Virus record (IMG/VR): IMGVR_UViG_3300030708_001952
Source: an uncultured virus (IMG/VR IMGVR_UViG_3300030708_001952)
Taxonomy: Duplodnaviria; Heunggongvirae; Uroviricota; Caudoviricetes
Length of the DNA: 64,000 nt
Strand: one strand, 5' to 3'
In this document: positions 7,726 through 16,780 of the stretch, piece after piece
How the letters are laid out: each line of letters opens with the position of its first letter
Position numbering within the stretch: position 1 is the stretch's first letter
Notes under the pieces: model-generated
Database searches by the model: none
What the model saw: only the letters and a program-made list of their open reading frames with translations
Told to the model about the DNA's origin: nothing
Made by a program: the position numbers and the translations under genes

Positions 7726-8395
7726 CCATTCTGAACTTCTAGATTCTGTTACACTCAAGCGTGGTCTTTTCGAGGGGCGGCGGTTGTACTCCGTAGGAGA
7801 CAATCACTACCCCTCTGTTACTACCGTTCTTTCTAATCGTAAACAGAAGAAAGCAGCCATCAACAAATGGCGGAAGCGTGTCGGTGAAGCAGAAGCAACA
7901 CGTACATCTAATCGTGCTGCTAAGCGTGGTACAAACTACCACACTATCACTGAGCACTACATCAAAAACATCTTGGATCTGGATGAACACAAAGATTCGC
8001 CTCTGCCTGTGCAGATGTTTCGTACTTCTAAAGATAGCCTAGATAGAATAGACCGACCACGTTTGATCGAGTCTATGCTCTGGTCTGATAAATTGAAGAT
8101 CGCTGGTCAGGTTGACCTCATTGCTGAGTTCGATGGTGAGTTAGCGGTCATTGATTTTAAGACATCCAAGTCACCGAAGAAGTCATACATCTTGGAAGAT
8201 TACTTTACCCAGATGTGTGCCTACGGTTATATGTTCTATGAACACTACAAAGTGGAAGTGAAAAAGTTCGTTGCTATCATCGCTTGCGAAGATGGTGAGT
8301 GCCAAGTAGCTGAGACCTCTTTGAAAGAACCACACTTCTTAAAGTTGCTTGCTGCAATCAAAGAATACGAGATGTCAAATGCCACAACAACCTGA
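7712..8395 (+). CDS. PD-(D/E)XK exonuclease
   Basis: YPSVTTVL, RGTNYH, AGQVDLIA, VIDFKTS, YFTQMCAY. Confidence 0.9.
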   Translation: MKKFDHSELLDSVTLKRGLFEGRRLYSVGDNHYPSVTTVLSNRKQKKAAINKWRKRVGEAEATRTSNRAAKRGTNYHTITEHYIKNILDLDEHKDSPLPVQMFRTSKDSLDRIDRPRLIESMLWSDKLKIAGQVDLIAEFDGELAVIDFKTSKSPKKSYILEDYFTQMCAYGYMFYEHYKVEVKKFVAIIACEDGECQVAETSLKEPHFLKLLAAIKEYEMSNATTT

Positions 8396-8640
8396 TGGAC
8401 TAGAAGAAAAGTTTATGACTGCATCAAAATTCGCTGGCGAAATTGAAAAGCTGGTGATTGATAACAATGATATGAACTACATCGATGCTNNNNNNNNNNG
8501 TTCATTTTTGTGAAGTGAATGGTATTGAGTTAGATGGGGTAAACAAACTCATCTCCAAGCCACTAAAAGAAAAATTGCGTTACGACGCACAACGTTTGAA
8601 TTTTATTAAAAAGACAAGTCGAGCTAAGTTAGTATTCTGA
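8379..8640 (+). CDS. gp33: Late transcription coactivator gp33 (spans N gap)
   Basis: KFAGEIEKLV...NYIDA[gap]VHFCEVNGIE...KLISKPLKEKL; in frame once the 10 Ns are removed; synteny. Confidence 0.85.
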
Positions 8641-8981
8641 TGGCATTTAGAGATTCCAAATTTGTTCAGAACGAAGTCGCTGTAATCAATCAGCTCCAAG
8701 ACCAACTATCAGAGATGACTCTAGCATTCCCTGCTATGACAGCAGATGAGCGTGAAGAGTACGTTGAGATTGTTGAGAATCTTTTAGAAAGACAAAGAAT
8801 TCTCTGGACAAGAGTGGAATTGTCAAAGAATGATGACGAAACGGCTGCGATGATGAGTAATGAAGTTCGCAAGACTATGGATGCCATTGGTTTCCCCAAA
8901 GACGTGTCTGTGACTGATGTCTTTAGGAATATCGATGAGATGATCGAGACACTTAAGCGTACGATCGCAGACATAGACTGA
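8640..8981 (+). CDS. DUF1825-like protein
   Basis: FRDSKFVQNE...LLERQRILWTRVELS; usual position before gp32. Confidence 0.75.
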   Translation: MAFRDSKFVQNEVAVINQLQDQLSEMTLAFPAMTADEREEYVEIVENLLERQRILWTRVELSKNDDETAAMMSNEVRKTMDAIGFPKDVSVTDVFRNIDEMIETLKRTIADID

Positions 8982-9055
8982 TCTTAACGTTTCCTCCCTA
9001 GACATTATTGTGTCGAAGTGATACAATAAATAAGTATTCGTAGCTCTGTGCTGTA

Positions 9056-9274
9056 ATGGACCCATCTACTATGGGACTATGGGTAGTCGTCACTTTCGTG
9101 GCTATCCTTGTCGCTGTAGCAGGAGTAGAAGAAACACTTCGTCTCTTTGCCTACATTGATCTTCAGCTTCGTTATGCGTGGATCCAGTTCCGTATGGAAA
9201 GGATGCGTCGAAAATTAAAGAAACAGTTAGGAGCTCCGTTCATTACTCCCGAGGAAATTAACAATGGCAGATGA
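9056..9274 (+). CDS. Small membrane protein
   Basis: N-terminal TM segment; RLFAYIDLQLRY; upstream ATAAATA. Confidence 0.7.
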   Translation: MDPSTMGLWVVVTFVAILVAVAGVEETLRLFAYIDLQLRYAWIQFRMERMRRKLKKQLGAPFITPEEINNGR

Positions 9275-9572
9275 ACCTGTCTTTAAGATGGACCGAGTAG
9301 AGTGCCCTAAGTGTGGTGCTGTTTGGCTTAATGGTCAGCACTACTGGTCAGGTACTGGAGCAGAAGGAAACGAGTTCGATCTCGCAGGTCTTGTCTGCAA
9401 TGAGTATGGCAACGAACAGTGTATCAATCCTGCCAAGGGCAGCGATGCGAGTCGAATGTATGGAGACTCCTGGGCAAAGCGTCTGGAAACTATCACTGAA
9501 GGATTTGATGACAAGCACGAAGAGATGACAGCACGCTTCAAGGGAAAGGGAACATCGCTTGACGATCTCTGA
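9264..9572 (+). CDS. Hypothetical Cys-containing protein
   Basis: CPKC...LAGLVCN...CINP; GAGG RBS. Confidence 0.75.
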   Translation: MADEPVFKMDRVECPKCGAVWLNGQHYWSGTGAEGNEFDLAGLVCNEYGNEQCINPAKGSDASRMYGDSWAKRLETITEGFDDKHEEMTARFKGKGTSLDDL

Positions 9573-9587
9573 CCCATAGCCTATAAT
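9559..9587 (+). promoter_or_regulatory. Sigma70-type promoter for tRNA/ncRNA cluster
   Basis: TTGACG-17 bp-TATAAT. Confidence 0.8.
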
Positions 9588-9659
9588 ACCTAAGTCAAGG
9601 GGAGACCCGCGACATACCCCACGGTCCTGAGTACGACCAGAAAAACTGCTCTTTTATAT

Positions 9660-9731
9660 TCCCAAGTAGCTCAGTGGCAGAGCCATCGACTGTTAATCGA
9701 TTGGTCGCTGGTTCAAATCCAGCCTTGGGAG
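9660..9731 (+). tRNA. trnN: tRNA-Asn (GTT)
   Basis: Acceptor TCCCAAG/CTTGGGA; anticodon arm ATCGA-ctGTTaa-TCGAT; T-loop GTTCAAATC. Confidence 0.95.
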
Positions 9732-9733
9732 TA

Positions 9734-9856
9734 ACGGACTGGAATACATCCGTGCTCGCGTCTCCGAGAGAAAAAAGAATCGGAAATCCAACCCACGCGG
9801 GAGAGAGGTGGGACCCCTCTTGAGCCTCCCCTGCTGACGAGCAGGGGATATTCCCC
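9734..9856 (+). ncRNA. Structured RNA between tRNAs (possibly manA-motif-like)
   Basis: Six helices and a GGAATA/TATTCC pseudoknot pairing; see finding. Confidence 0.65.
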
Positions 9857-9858
9857 AC

Positions 9859-9931
9859 GCCTGCCTAGCTCAGCTGGTAGAGCAGGGCTTTTGTAAAGCT
9901 CAGGTCGTCGGTTCAAGTCCGTCGGTAGGCT
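9859..9931 (+). tRNA. trnT: tRNA-Thr (TGT)
   Basis: Acceptor GCCTGCC/GGTAGGC; anticodon arm GGGCT-ttTGTaa-AGCTC; GTTCAAGTC. Confidence 0.95.
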
Positions 9932-9988
9932 TCAGGATCTGCTATAATGATCCTGTAAACCAAATCCAATTCAATCCGAAACAATCCA

Positions 9989-10885
9989 ATGTCTTTTACA
10001 GATCTCAAGCGCCGCTCTGGCAACTCTCTTGAAAAACTCGTTCAAGAGGCAGAGAAGATTAACAAGTCCAAAGGTGGTGCTGATGAACGATTCTGGAAAC
10101 CCGAGCTGGACAAGGCTGGCAACGGGTATGCAGTCATTCGCTTCCTCCCTGCTCCTGACGGCGAAGATATGCCGTGGGCAAAGGTGTACTCCCACGCCTT
10201 CCAAGGTCCTGGTGGTTGGTACATTGAGAACTCTTTGACCACTATCGATCAGAAGGATCCTGTCGGTGAAGTCAACCGCAAACTGTGGAACTCTGGCATC
10301 GATGCTGACAAAGAGACTGCACGTAAGCAGAAGCGTAAGCTCTCTTACTACACCAACATCTATGTTGTGCGTGATCCTGCACACCCCGAGAACGAAGGTA
10401 AGGTCTTCCTCTACAAGTTTGGTAAGAAGATCTACGACAAGATCACTGCAGCAATGCAGCCTGAGTTTGAGGACGAGACTCCTATCAACCCCTTCGATCT
10501 GTGGGAAGGTGCTAACTTCAAACTGAAGATCTGCAAGGTCGCTGGTTACTGGAACTACGACAAGTCTGAGTTCGACAGTCAGTCTGCACTGTCTAAGGAC
10601 GACGACGAACTGGAAGGTATCTGGAAGAAGGAGTACAGCCTCTCTGCATTTACTACTCCTGATCAGTTCAAGACCTATGATGAACTGCAGGCACGTCTGA
10701 GCGAAGTCCTTGGCACCAACAAGCCTCGCGCCACTGCTCCCGTTGTTGATGACGAGGAGTTTGAACCCGTGGTTAGTGCATCAACTGGCGCGTCTAACGA
10801 CTTCAATGCACCTGACATCACTGCTAGCACTTCTACTGATGATGATCAGCTGTCCTACTTCGCTCGCCTTGCTGAGGAAGACTGA
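9989..10885 (+). CDS. gp32: Single-stranded DNA-binding protein
   Basis: DERFWKP, GNGYAVIRFLP, WYIENSLTT, NPFDLWEGANFKLK, acidic tail LSYFARLAEED. Confidence 0.97.
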   Translation: MSFTDLKRRSGNSLEKLVQEAEKINKSKGGADERFWKPELDKAGNGYAVIRFLPAPDGEDMPWAKVYSHAFQGPGGWYIENSLTTIDQKDPVGEVNRKLWNSGIDADKETARKQKRKLSYYTNIYVVRDPAHPENEGKVFLYKFGKKIYDKITAAMQPEFEDETPINPFDLWEGANFKLKICKVAGYWNYDKSEFDSQSALSKDDDELEGIWKKEYSLSAFTTPDQFKTYDELQARLSEVLGTNKPRATAPVVDDEEFEPVVSASTGASNDFNAPDITASTSTDDDQLSYFARLAEED

Positions 10886-11001
10886 TGGACGTTGTGCACG
10901 CTTGGAATTCTATGTCCTACGGAGAAGGGTTTCTCTTCTCCCTCTGGGTCATCGGGATGTACTACATTAAACTCCGTATGGACCGCTACTTTACACGATG
11001 A
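10885..11001 (+). CDS. 38-aa membrane peptide
   Basis: MDVVHAWNSMSYGEGFLFSLWVIGMYYIKLRMDRYFTR*; TGATG and ATGA overlaps on both sides. Confidence 0.65.
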   Translation: MDVVHAWNSMSYGEGFLFSLWVIGMYYIKLRMDRYFTR

Positions 11002-11222
11002 AACTCTTAACTCTTGAAGATTATCAGAAGGCAGGTGAGACCTTTTGGCCAAAGTACTGGTACGTTGCCAAAGAACTTGGTGAAGATGCCAGAGCAGAGG
11101 ACATCCTAAAGATCCTTGAGTCCATCGGTACAGTTGCATTGCGACTGAAGATGGAAGAGAAAGAAGGACCCTTTGGGTTCAACAAAAAAGAAGAAGAAGA
11201 AGTTACAGAGCAGATCTCTTGA
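10998..11222 (+). CDS. Hypothetical protein
   Basis: Coupled ORF, FWPKYWYVAKELG. Confidence 0.7.
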   Translation: MKLLTLEDYQKAGETFWPKYWYVAKELGEDARAEDILKILESIGTVALRLKMEEKEGPFGFNKKEEEEVTEQIS

Positions 11223-13266
11223 GTGTCTTGCTAATGTAATCACCCGACTTCTTATACGGTAGTTGGGTCTTCATCTCCTGGATGAAACGCGAGAGATACC
11301 TCTCTTTGAGGACATATATCTCTCGCTTTTTGTCGTTTATTGCTGTCTCGTAATCGTGGAACGTGACGGCTTTAGCAATACTAAATCCAGTGAGAGTAAC
11401 AATGTTACCATTAGGATCTCTGTAACGGAAACTATCTCTCACCAACTTCTCCCAACCACTAGTATTAGATTCACTACGGTTGAGTTTGTATCTGAAGTAA
11501 TTGTTCTGCTTGTCAACGTAGGTAGGTTCAGACTGATTAGTTGACACTACACTTCTGACTACACCAATGGATGCTCCACTACTAAACACCATATCAGTAC
11601 TGACAGGGTTTTGTGCATTACCTGTAGTAACTTCAATGGTCATATCATTGCCAGTATATGCAGTGACATTTGCTATCACACCATTGCTGAATGTAACCTC
11701 GTCTCCAACGTTGAATGTGTTGGGGCTTTCTGTTGGGATTGCTTGTATCCAACCATTCTGATCTGGGTTACCACCAGTAATAGAGACGCCAATTTGACTG
11801 CCGTCTTCGTATGAACCACCGTTTGTAATGGTTACACCTGCAATACGTTTTCCTAACACCACTGTTGCAGCAGCCCCACCACCTGTGGTATCGAGTGGAT
11901 TGTTTGTAAAGTATACGTTGGAGTCTGTATACTCAGCAGTGGTGTTGATGAAGTTGACTGTAGTAATACCATAGTGGTCATAGTTTGATCCACTATTGCC
12001 AGGTTGATACAACTGGAAGTACACATCCTGAGTTCTTACGTTCGCTGGAACCACAAAGTCATAGTTAGTAAGAACACCAGTGCCACTTCCGTTAGGCACA
12101 GCCTCGATCACAATACCTAGGTTGACCCAGTTCTCCTCAACAGGTGCACCGTCAGTGATCTGATATCTCAGGTAAAGATCTTCTGTACCATTGATGTCAG
12201 GTGTTTCGCCACCGTTACTTCCATTACCACGGACAGCATAGACACGTACAGTGTCAAACGTTGACATATCTACGGGGTTAAGGGTAGCGTAACGGGTTCC
12301 TGGAGAGTCACCGAATCTGAGGTGGGTTCCTCCAACGTCAAAACCACCCGTTGTTCCCACTCCCGTACCATTTTCTGCAATGGTCGTACCGTTACCAAAC
12401 TCGTAGATGTTATCTGCAACAGTAGTATCAAACTTAGTACCATCGAGACGAATCTCCGTTACTTGACCTGCTTCGTTGATCACAGCAGTAGCAGATTCTT
12501 CTGCTAAGCCACCATCGAAAGTAACAATGGGAGGATACGTGTAGTTCTCACCAGGAGATGTAATATCAAAGCGCTTCAGGTATCCTGTGTCAGACATAAC
12601 TGCTGTACCTGTTGCTCTCACTGGTGATAGATCTCCAAGAGAGTCATACGGTGCAGCAAATGTTATCGTAGGTACTGATTCATATCCCCAACCAGTAGTA
12701 GAACTAGGAGTACACACACCTGTATTACAATACAGTAATGTTACACCAGTAACTTCTATCTTTCTTAGAACTGTGAGGTTAGTTTCATTATCTGGCTTGG
12801 GGAAGTCACCAGTAGTCTCATTGAATTCAATCCAGTAGGGTGCGCGGAAGAAACTTTCATCAACGATCTGACCCTCAGGTAAGACTGTTGCACCAGCACT
12901 ATTCTTTACTTCTCTTGTCTCATAGTGTTTTATTTCATATGGTGCAGCATACTTCTGATTGATGTAATCATCTAGGACTGGTTGTGACATTGGCCAGTCA
13001 AAGTATGGGTTGATGACATTGTTTGACATCAGAATCACCCAGTCATAATCAGATGTACCATACACCTTCTGTGATATAACATCTGGGCGATCAGCATCAG
13101 TGACAGTCAGCTTCCTGAAATACATTGCTGTATCAACAGCACTGTCATTGATCTTGAATCTTCTAAAAATATTCTTCGCAACTTTATACTGCTGCTCAGA
13201 CCAGGGAAACTGGATCGGTCTGACAGCAAGTTCAATGTTTGGTAAGTAAGAAAAATAAGATGCCAT
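11203..13266 (-). CDS. gp53: Baseplate wedge protein gp53 with large internal insertion
   Basis: N-term YFSYLPN, RPDVISQKVYG...DWVILMSNN...DWP, HYET; C-term YETAINDKKREIYVLK. Confidence 0.88.
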   Translation of the reverse strand: MASYFSYLPNIELAVRPIQFPWSEQQYKVAKNIFRRFKINDSAVDTAMYFRKLTVTDADRPDVISQKVYGTSDYDWVILMSNNVINPYFDWPMSQPVLDDYINQKYAAPYEIKHYETREVKNSAGATVLPEGQIVDESFFRAPYWIEFNETTGDFPKPDNETNLTVLRKIEVTGVTLLYCNTGVCTPSSTTGWGYESVPTITFAAPYDSLGDLSPVRATGTAVMSDTGYLKRFDITSPGENYTYPPIVTFDGGLAEESATAVINEAGQVTEIRLDGTKFDTTVADNIYEFGNGTTIAENGTGVGTTGGFDVGGTHLRFGDSPGTRYATLNPVDMSTFDTVRVYAVRGNGSNGGETPDINGTEDLYLRYQITDGAPVEENWVNLGIVIEAVPNGSGTGVLTNYDFVVPANVRTQDVYFQLYQPGNSGSNYDHYGITTVNFINTTAEYTDSNVYFTNNPLDTTGGGAAATVVLGKRIAGVTITNGGSYEDGSQIGVSITGGNPDQNGWIQAIPTESPNTFNVGDEVTFSNGVIANVTAYTGNDMTIEVTTGNAQNPVSTDMVFSSGASIGVVRSVVSTNQSEPTYVDKQNNYFRYKLNRSESNTSGWEKLVRDSFRYRDPNGNIVTLTGFSIAKAVTFHDYETAINDKKREIYVLKERYLSRFIQEMKTQLPYKKSGDYISKTLKRSAL

Positions 13267-14225
13267 CAGTACGTCTGTTTAGAATAGCTGAATGAATCGC
13301 CAAAGTCTTCGGAGATGACCATCTTCAACTCCTGGAACTGCAGAGACATTTGTACTGCAGTGGGTGCACCATCTTCTAATGTAGACCACGATCCAGCACC
13401 CGTGTAGCTCACAGCGATTGATTCCAATGCGCAAGCCTTCATCTTATTTAACCAGTGATTGTCACTGCTGCCTCTCTTGTACTGAATTTTAAATACGTGA
13501 GGCACTTTCATAAACCATCCGTCTGCCATCATCGAAGGAGCAGATGCTTTTTTAAATTGCCAGATCATTTCTTTAATGACTCTGGACTCTCTTTCATTTC
13601 TTGGTACTAGTGTCCAATTAAACTGGAACTGTCTCAGTCCAGGCTGATCGAACATAACTTCGAGGTTTGGGTTTGCAATTTGACCAAGCAAACCACCGTA
13701 AGCAATGTTAGGATCGCTAAGACCACCAGCACCTGATGCTGCTTCGACAGCCAACTGCTTCAATGCTGCTTTGCCTTGCTCACCAGGGTTAGTACCCACA
13801 ATGTTCTTCATTGTCTCGGTGACTCTGTTGGCAAACCCACCAGTAGACATACTGCCTTCGCCTGCATTATCTAACACAGTACCAACAGCACGGAGAGCAC
13901 CACGTTGCAGGTTGTTTACCTGCTTGGCACCCCAAGATCTTGTGTGTGCATCTCTAATATCCTCAGGCATATAGAGGATCATCTTTTTATATTCTGTACC
14001 TTCTAGTTCAGAACCAGCACCGAAACCAGTGATGTCATAGTTCTCATACCGAGCACCATAAGTACTGCCACCTGTAGAACCAATGCACTTGGCTTTACGA
14101 TACGGAGGTTGATACTTATAAACTGTAAACTGAACGTAGTCATCATAATCTTCCACCTTATCTACAGGGAACCTGAGAGAAGAAGGTTGATTCAGACCAC
14201 TAGTAAGGTTTGAGAAGAAGCTCAT
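13266..14225 (-). CDS. gp48: Baseplate tail-tube cap
   Basis: ILYMP, NPNLEVMFDQPGLRQFQFNWTLVPRNERES, LQFQEL; synteny. Confidence 0.88.
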   Translation of the reverse strand: MSFFSNLTSGLNQPSSLRFPVDKVEDYDDYVQFTVYKYQPPYRKAKCIGSTGGSTYGARYENYDITGFGAGSELEGTEYKKMILYMPEDIRDAHTRSWGAKQVNNLQRGALRAVGTVLDNAGEGSMSTGGFANRVTETMKNIVGTNPGEQGKAALKQLAVEAASGAGGLSDPNIAYGGLLGQIANPNLEVMFDQPGLRQFQFNWTLVPRNERESRVIKEMIWQFKKASAPSMMADGWFMKVPHVFKIQYKRGSSDNHWLNKMKACALESIAVSYTGAGSWSTLEDGAPTAVQMSLQFQELKMVISEDFGDSFSYSKQTY

Positions 14226-14815
14226 TGAACTTTTCGTTTCGCTCGGAATCTATACTTGGTTAACAGATCATATTTTAACCATACTTTTTTAGCAGTAACA
14301 GGAACTTCAATAGCTCCTACAGCTGACACAAATTGTTCCAATGGAAGATACATTGCAGAGTCCCAATCACTCTCTGCTATCTCTATATAGAGGCGATTCT
14401 GTACATCACTTCGTTTATATTTATGGATGACTCTGCGAGGCACATCTATCTTTCCCTTGGATAGTTGCTCGATAGTTTTTAATCGCTTCTTTGGGCTGAC
14501 ATAGTGTAGGTTTGCCGCCACCATCTCATCCACATTTACATCGAGCACCACACAGAGTGGCATTCGATCATAGTATTGTAATTTTTCTTTGGTTGTCTTT
14601 GCATCATACTCAAACAGTATTAAAGTACCCTGTCTGGGTGTATACCTGACACCATTGCCATCGTCTGTATTAGATCTCTCTCGCTGAATGATCTCTTGCT
14701 TATTTGTTTCTGATATAGTAGAACGCATAGCTACCTTGGCAGCATTACGCCACCAGGATGGTGTCTTTTTCTCACCACCTTGTGCTGCTTCTAGTTTCTC
14801 AAAAACTGATTCCAA
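14222..14815 (-). CDS. gp2: DNA end protector-like protein
   Basis: FEYDAKT...YYDRMPL...NLHY...HKY...LPLEQF. Confidence 0.8.
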   Translation of the reverse strand: MESVFEKLEAAQGGEKKTPSWWRNAAKVAMRSTISETNKQEIIQRERSNTDDGNGVRYTPRQGTLILFEYDAKTTKEKLQYYDRMPLCVVLDVNVDEMVAANLHYVSPKKRLKTIEQLSKGKIDVPRRVIHKYKRSDVQNRLYIEIAESDWDSAMYLPLEQFVSAVGAIEVPVTAKKVWLKYDLLTKYRFRAKRKVQ

Positions 14816-15251
14816 GTTCGTGCTCCGTTAGGATAAGGAATTCCATTCGTCTGTCATCACAATAGTTCTTCGCTGCCTTCCACTTGGCAGTGTTCTTCAT
14901 AAAGGTATTTACCTCAGCCAGATACTTCTTCGTTTGCCTTGACGGTTTCTTTGGAGGTTCTGTTTGTTTACGAGGTTTGATTTCTATGATATACTTCTTA
15001 AGTACGTTATCTTTATCCCTCAACTTCACGTAAAAGTCTGGATAGTATCTGTGAACTCTGCCATCAGTAGGGCAACGGTAAGGAATAACTATCTCCTCAC
15101 TCCCCCACTCTAGGATGTGCTCATTGTTATCACAGTACTTCATAAATCCTAACTCCCAGGATGACCTGTAAAAGATCCTGCGAGGGTCGCCTTTATATTT
15201 TTGGTAGTGCACTGGTTTGTACTGACCCGATAGTACCCGAGTGTACGCCAT
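14799..15251 (-). CDS. gp4: Head completion nuclease
   Basis: KYKGDP..IFYRSSWE, WGSEEIVIPY, HRYYPDF, IEIKP, ILTE. Confidence 0.93.
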   Translation of the reverse strand: MAYTRVLSGQYKPVHYQKYKGDPRRIFYRSSWELGFMKYCDNNEHILEWGSEEIVIPYRCPTDGRVHRYYPDFYVKLRDKDNVLKKYIIEIKPRKQTEPPKKPSRQTKKYLAEVNTFMKNTAKWKAAKNYCDDRRMEFLILTEHELGISF

Positions 15252-15281
15252 AAATAAAATGTAATCCTTTAGCCTATTTAG
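15250..15281. promoter_or_regulatory. Divergent pair of T4-type late promoters
   Basis: ATAAATA (+, 15250-15256) and CTAAATA (-, 15275-15281) at the ends of the 30-bp gap between divergent genes. Confidence 0.7.
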
Positions 15282-16046
15282 ATGGCAAATCTTTATAGTA
15301 AATTACAGAAAGAGATTGCTCGTGGCGGCGGGATCGCAAAGTCGAATCAGTTTCGAGTTGTTTTTCCTCAACTTGGTGGATCTTTCTTCGACAAACTGGC
15401 AGTCAAACCTGATAGAGAGACACTAGAAGTCTTCTGTAATAACGTAAGTCTTCCCAGTGTTCAGGCAGCAACTGGTCAAGTCAACGGCTACTATACAGGT
15501 TCATCGTACAAGTATCCTACGATGAAGATGTATAATGATCTGTCACTGTCGTTTGTTTGCGACGCCAATATGACAGCGTTGAAATTCTTTCACTCTTGGT
15601 TTGATAATATCTTCCAAGACAAGAATCAATTTGATCAAGATGAGCGTATCCCTGATGAGATGTCGCACTATCCTCAACGGAAGCGCAACAGATTTACTCG
15701 TCTAGCCTATCCAGATTCCTATCAGACAACAGTTCTTATCGATAAGTTAGAACCAGGTCCTAGATACAGAGACCAGGGTAGAAGTATGCGGTACTTCCTT
15801 ACCAATGCTTACCCTTACTCCATCGATGCTGTTCCTCTGGATGCAGGCACACAGACTCTCCTAGTTTGTAGTGTTAATATGTTCTATGAAAGATTTGAAG
15901 TGCAGTTTGAAGACGCACGCAAGAACTTGAGGAGTGACTCTAATAACATTAAGTCATCTAGACCACCTACATCTTTGTCTGGTGCATTAGACTCTGTTAA
16001 AGATGCTTTCTCAGGACTCACTGACAGCTTCGGTGGTCTCTTCTAA
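15282..16046 (+). CDS. Tail-tube family / baseplate tube initiator (gp54/gp19-like)
   Basis: GGIAKSNQFRV, CNNVSLPS, FFHSW, NAYPYSI; synteny before gp26. Confidence 0.75.
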   Translation: MANLYSKLQKEIARGGGIAKSNQFRVVFPQLGGSFFDKLAVKPDRETLEVFCNNVSLPSVQAATGQVNGYYTGSSYKYPTMKMYNDLSLSFVCDANMTALKFFHSWFDNIFQDKNQFDQDERIPDEMSHYPQRKRNRFTRLAYPDSYQTTVLIDKLEPGPRYRDQGRSMRYFLTNAYPYSIDAVPLDAGTQTLLVCSVNMFYERFEVQFEDARKNLRSDSNNIKSSRPPTSLSGALDSVKDAFSGLTDSFGGLF

Positions 16047-16069
16047 ATACTATTATTGAACCTTAGACT

Positions 16070-16780
16070 ATGCCTTTACCAAAGATTGATGTGCCAACTT
16101 ATACTTGTGCACTCCCTTCCACTGGGCAGACAATCAAGTATCGCCCGTTCCTAGTTAAAGAAGAGAAAGTTCTTCTGATGGCTATGGAATCTGAAGACGA
16201 GAAACAGATTCAGGATGCCATCGTTAACCTTTTGTCGCACTGCATTACTAGCAGGATCAAAGTCGAAAGGCTGTCGATGTTTGACCTGGAGTATCTGTTC
16301 CTGAAGATTCGTTCTAAGTCTGTGGGTGAGGAACTGAACCTGACTGTAACTTGTCAGGATGATGGAGAAACCAAAGTCGAAACCACCATCGACTTGGAAG
16401 AAGTAGAAGTTAAGATCCCTGATGGACATAGCAAACAGATCTATGTCAGTGACAACATTTCTATTATGATGAAGTATCCATCGATGGAACAGTTCATCAA
16501 AAATAATTTTGGTGGTGAGCAAACCTCTGAAGAGGTGTTTGATATTATCGCTGACTGTATTGATCAAGTCATCGATGGTGATGAAGTACACGAGTCTGCT
16601 AACTGCTCTAAGAAAGAACTCATCACCTTCCTTGAGAGCCTGACGTCCAAGCAATTTGAAAATGTACAGGAGTTCTTCGTCACTATGCCGAAGTTGTCCC
16701 ACACATTTGATGTCATCAATCCCAACACAAAAGAAAGAAACGAGTTCACCCTGGAGGGTCTCGCCGCTTTTTTCGGATGA
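16070..16780 (+). CDS. gp26: Baseplate hub subunit
   Basis: MPLPKI..PTY, YRPFLVKEEKVLL, DLEYLFLKIRSKSVGE, LEGLAAFF. Confidence 0.95.
   Translation: MPLPKIDVPTYTCALPSTGQTIKYRPFLVKEEKVLLMAMESEDEKQIQDAIVNLLSHCITSRIKVERLSMFDLEYLFLKIRSKSVGEELNLTVTCQDDGETKVETTIDLEEVEVKIPDGHSKQIYVSDNISIMMKYPSMEQFIKNNFGGEQTSEEVFDIIADCIDQVIDGDEVHESANCSKKELITFLESLTSKQFENVQEFFVTMPKLSHTFDVINPNTKERNEFTLEGLAAFFG

Noticed and set aside
7712..8395. Cas4-like nuclease suggesting a CRISPR system
   Set aside because: Standard T4-like phage exonuclease next to phoH; no repeat-spacer array or other cas genes seen.
8490..8499. Apparent gp33 pseudogene
   Set aside because: 10-N placeholder; flanks join in frame with intact motifs.
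9595..9916. Minus-strand ORFs over the tRNA cluster; also 26169-26753
   Set aside because: Antisense to tRNAs, structured RNA or the oxygenase; spurious.
14799..15251. TnsA-like endonuclease suggesting a transposon or homing element
   Set aside because: Motifs and synteny identify it as head completion protein gp4.
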